A stretch of DNA of 63,022 bases, filler included, from Octopus bimaculoides (Eukaryota): the NCBI RefSeq assembly GCF_001194135.2. It is 8 parts of 7 records of this genome, joined end to end, with 100 filler letters (N's around TTAATTAATTAA, not from the genome) between each part and the next. Parts side by side here need not be neighbours in the genome. Positions count along the whole stretch, not along the records: positions 56,118 to 60,379 come from NC_068993.1; positions 60,480 to 63,022 come from NW_026404372.1; 6 more parts are not named here. One strand, 5' to 3'. This document shows, one piece after another, positions 59,430 to 63,022 of this stretch (position 1 is the first letter of the stretch; each line of letters opens with the position of its first letter). The position numbers and the translations under genes were made by a program. The notes beneath the pieces were generated by a model. That model was not told where the DNA came from. It was given only the letters and a program-made list of their open reading frames with translations, and did not search any database.

Positions 59430-59479
<50 letters not shown>

Positions 59480-59649
59480 TGTGTGTGTGTATTTGTCAAA
59501 AATGGACTGGAAATTTCCTTCCACGCCGTCTCTCATTATAGTGAGGAGTTTCAGCGCCATTATAACGTCGGAAAACGAAGCCGATAAGATAAATACTACC
59601 TGTATGTTGTTGTTGCTGTGGTAGTGATTAGGTTGTTATTTCTAACAGA

Positions 59650-60110
59650 TCAGACAACTGCATAGATACACGCTCATTATCAAACGCTTTGCTGATGACA
59701 AGACCGACTATATAATTTTTAATCAGGTGTTCAAGTACAAGAAGGCACTGTTGTATTTCGTTGGTCTTTGGCATTGTTGTGCTATAACGGTTGTGTTTGT
59801 CTTTTTTGCATCAATTTTCCGACGTTGGCAAATCAACAAACCAGAGAATAGAAAGTTCTGATTTCATATTCCAGAAGATAAGATGAAGTGGTTACCTGTT
59901 CAATACATTTTGATGGCATCTTGTGGAACGGATACAATCAAATAATTTGATGGTGACAATTGTTAGAGAGGAAACACGTTTTGAAAATGAAAGTAGAATT
60001 TCTATAAAAATGAGTCACCGCATAGGTTAGAAATAATCACGGATAAACCCACGGATAGATGAAGGTTGGTGGGTGACAAGAGGTATTGGAGCAGACAGTT
60101 CCTCAACAGT
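59650..60110 (-). mobile_element. Old LINE RT fragment (CR1/L2-like, early RT motifs)
   Basis: Hand translation across frames: GLSVIISNLCGDS; PSKCIEQV; RYSTT..NEIQQCL..KNYIVGLVISKAFD. Confidence 0.5.
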
Positions 60111-60813
60111 ATATGATTTGACTTTCATGTCCGCAGTGTCACTGTGTACAGATCGAATAGAAAGGTGAGAGAGTTACTTTATTTTATTTCCCACAAGATA
60201 ACATCAAACATCAAACACTATTGATAATTGTCTTCATCAATAATGATGGTTTCAGAGAGAGAGAGGGAGAGAGAATGAGAGAGAGAGAGAGAAGTGGACA
60301 AATAGCTAGAAAGAGATCGTAAGCTATATATATATAGCTTACTTTTCCAAGTAAGCTATATATATATATATATATATATNNNNNNNNNNNNNNNNNNNNN
60401 NNNNNNNNNNNNNNNNNNNNNNNTTAATTAATTAANNNNNNNNNNNNNNNNNNNNNNNNNNNNNNNNNNNNNNNNNNNNTGTGTGCATGCGTATGTGCCT
60501 GTATATGCATGTGAGTGTGTGTGTGTGTGTGCATGCACGTGTGTGTGCATGTGTCTGTGAGTGTATGTGAGTGTGTGCATATGCTTTAAGGTTCAGTTGT
60601 ATTCCTGTATGGTATCTGTAGCAAGTGTCTTCTATGATAATCCTGGGCTGACCAGTTGCTGACATGGCCGTCTGGTCAAAAAATTTGCCTCTTGACCATG
60701 TCGTTTCAGGGTCAGTCTCACTGCACGTTATCTTAGTTAAATATGTTCTACTATAACACTGGACTGCTGAAAGTCTTGTGAGAGGATTTGGTCATAAGAA
60801 TCTAAAATAACTA

Positions 60814-60926
60814 AGGTGCCGAGCTGGCAGATTTGTTAGCACACCTGGCGAAATGCTTAGCGGTATTTCGTCTGTCTTTACATTCTGAGTTCAAATTCTG
60901 ATGAGGTCGACTTTGCCTTTCATCAT
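60814..60926 (+). mobile_element. SINE family B 5' half
   Basis: GGTGCCGAGCTGGCAGA..GAGTTCAAATTC..GTCGACTTTGCCTTTCATC. Confidence 0.85.
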
Positions 60927-61050
60927 TTAGTGCAAGCGTACCATCATCCATGCGAACACATTTCTCTCTTACGACATCACTATTCTCTCTCCTACACTGT
61001 CTTGCAACACGAAATACCTCGAGTCTTTGGTCCTCATGAGCCTCATGAGT
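60927..61050 (-). mobile_element. Short LINE ORF fragment, probably RTE-type
   Basis: EDQRLEVFRVARQCRRENSDVVREKCVRMDDGTLALND resembles the linker between the endonuclease and RT of RTE-like LINEs. Confidence 0.5.
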
Positions 61051-62002
61051 TATGTTCCTGTGACGAGCCGACAAATTTAAATAACATATATACATATATA
61101 TAAGCACATGCATATATGTATGTGTGTGTGTATATATATATATATATATACATACATATACATGTACACACACAGATATATATANNNNNNNNNNNNNNNN
61201 NNNNNNNNNNNNNNNNNNNNNNNNNNNNNNNNNNNNNNNNNNNNNNNNNNNNNNNNNNNNNNNNNNNNNNNNNNNNNNNNNNNNNNNNNNNNNNNNNNNN
61301 NNNNNNNNNNNNNNNNNNNNNNNNNNNNNNNNNNNNNNNNNNNNNNNNNNNNNNNNNNNNNNNNNNNNNNNNNNNNNNNNNNNNNNNNNNNNNNNNNNNN
61401 NNNNNNNNNNNNNNNNNNNNNNNNNNNNNNNNNNNNNNNNNNNNNNNNNNNNNNNNNNNNNNNNNNNNNNNNNNNNNNNNNNNNNNNNNNNNNNNNNNNN
61501 NNNNNNNNNNNNNNNNNNNNNNNNNNNNNNNNNNNNNNNNNNNNNNNNNNNNNNNNNNNNNNNNNNNNNNNNNNNNNNNNNNNNNNNNNNNNNNNNNNNN
61601 NNNNNNNNNNNNNNNNNNNNNNNNNNNNNNNNNNNNNNNNNNNNNNNNNNNNNNNNNNNNNNNNNNNNNNNNNNNNNNNNNNNNNNNNNNNNNNNNNNNN
61701 NNNNNNNNNNNNNNNNNNNNNNNNNNNNNNNNNNNNNNNNNNNNNNNNNNNNNNNNNNNNNNNNNNNNNNNNNNNNNNNNNNNNNNNNNNNNNNNNNNNN
61801 NNNNNNNNNNNNNNNNNNNNNNNNNNNNNNNNNNNNNNNNNNNNNNNNNNNNNNNNNNNNNNNNNNNNNNNNNNNNNNNNNNNNNNNNNNNNNNNNNNNN
61901 NNNNNNNNNNNNNNNNNNNNNNNNNNNNNNNNNNNNNNNNNNNNNNNNNNNNNNNNNNNNNNNNNNNNNNNNNNNNNNNNNNNNNNNNNNNNNNNNNNNN
62001 NN

Positions 62003-62038
<36 letters not shown>

Positions 62039-62389
62039 AAAGAGAGAGAGAGAGAGAGAGAGAGTTTACTGTTTTGTTAATAAGAGCTATTAATAGTTTC
62101 TTGCTATGAAAACATGAGGGTAGGCAGGTTTTTATAATGTGCATTGTGTCACCAAGTAATTGCCAGGCTCTGTATACAGGGCCTGCTCTATTTGAAAACC
62201 AAGCTGCTGGTACATGGAAGAAAACAAGAAAAGACAAGGAAGCAAAAGAAGGTTGATACAAAAAGTGGAAAGGTGAATAAAAACAGAAAAAGGTAAAAAA
62301 AGAAAGAAAATTAGAGTTCTGTCCCTTTTGACCATAGCTGTTGAATTATTCAACAAAGTGTTTGTGAGATAGCTGCTCAATCCAGAAAG

Positions 62390-62715
62390 GGGAGCGTCTT
62401 CCAGCTTGCCAAAAGAAATTTTGTCCATATGCTTCCATGTGCTGAAAATTTTGAATCTGAACTTAAGTATTGTGGGAGAATTCCTGGATCTAAAAAGAAT
62501 TTTTGTTCTTTCAGCTATGCATAAGTTGTATTTCTTAGATCCATTTACACATGCCATAGATTTCTCTATGATTCTCCACTTGATTATATGTGGTGTGTAG
62601 GTCTTCAAACCCCATACATGACTAGCCAACTTAGTGGCTTTGCTTTTGTTGATGTGCCAGAAGGATGACTGGTGGTTTGCATGATGTCTTTTGAAATTGC
62701 CTTCACAGCAACACT
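62390..62715 (-). mobile_element. PLE GIY-YIG endonuclease C-terminal fragment, a second diverged Neptune-like family
   Basis: EGNFKRHHANHQSSF..KATKLASHVWGLK..IKWRIIEK..YNLCIAERTKIL..TWKHMDK parallels the ORF at 10559-10909. Confidence 0.75.
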
Positions 62716-62945
62716 TTCTCTCTTTTACTCTTTTACTTGTTTCAGTCATTTGACTGTGGTCATGCTGGAGTACCGCCTTTAGTCGAGCAAATCGACACTA
62801 GGATTATTCTTTGTAAGCCTAGTACTTATTCTATTGGTCTCTTTTGCTGAACCGCTAAGTTACGGGGACGTAAACACACCAGCATCGGTTGTCAAGCGAT
62901 GTTGGTGGGGACAAACGCAGACACACAAACATATACATACGCATA
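62716..62945 (-). mobile_element. SINE family A 3' half
   Basis: Tail and central block nearly identical to 46436-46660. Confidence 0.88.
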
Positions 62946-63022
62946 CATATATATATATATGGTCAGTGACTCCAATGGTCATGTCGGACATCGTGCTGGA
63001 GGCTTCCATGGCATACATGGAG

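Noticed and set aside
59651-59863. Plus-strand open stretch after TTTCTAACAG with a hydrophobic segment, as exon 2 of the Glu-rich gene
   Set aside because: The opposite strand carries LINE RT motifs (SKAFD), so it is more likely an antisense LINE remnant.

Overview
AT-rich, microsatellite-dense animal genomic scaffold with many N gaps. The repeat families suggest a cephalopod (octopus-like) draft assembly; this is inference. Most of the window is mobile-element debris: three abundant tRNA-headed SINE families (called A, B, C here), LINE remnants (CR1-group, RTE, R4-type and CRE-type), four Penelope-like element (PLE) remnants, Tc1/mariner, hAT-, piggyBac- and Helitron-type elements. Host genes are few: one convincing tRNA-Ala(AGC) at 55796-55868 and one Glu-rich first coding exon at 54274-54630. 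The main hidden theme is type I hammerhead ribozyme (HHR) motifs in several sequence families. (1) A tRNA-headed SINE-like element carries an HHR in its 3' half; it sits inside a mariner transposase, with an 11-bp target-site duplication and a twin-priming-type inversion (2636-2997). (2) A three-copy HHR family has a constant 77-nt helix II region with compensatory changes, and one copy has an intact core (21316-21423). (3) An inverted pair of decayed minimal HHRs lies beside a PLE RT fragment (31786-32045). Also noted: a CR1-group LINE 3' end shared with SINE A, a hAT MITE flanked by a 115-bp duplication, and two assembly artefacts (an Illumina adapter remnant and TTAATTAATTAA gap linkers). 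All family assignments come from motif recognition by eye. No searches were run, and boundaries of degenerate repeats are approximate.
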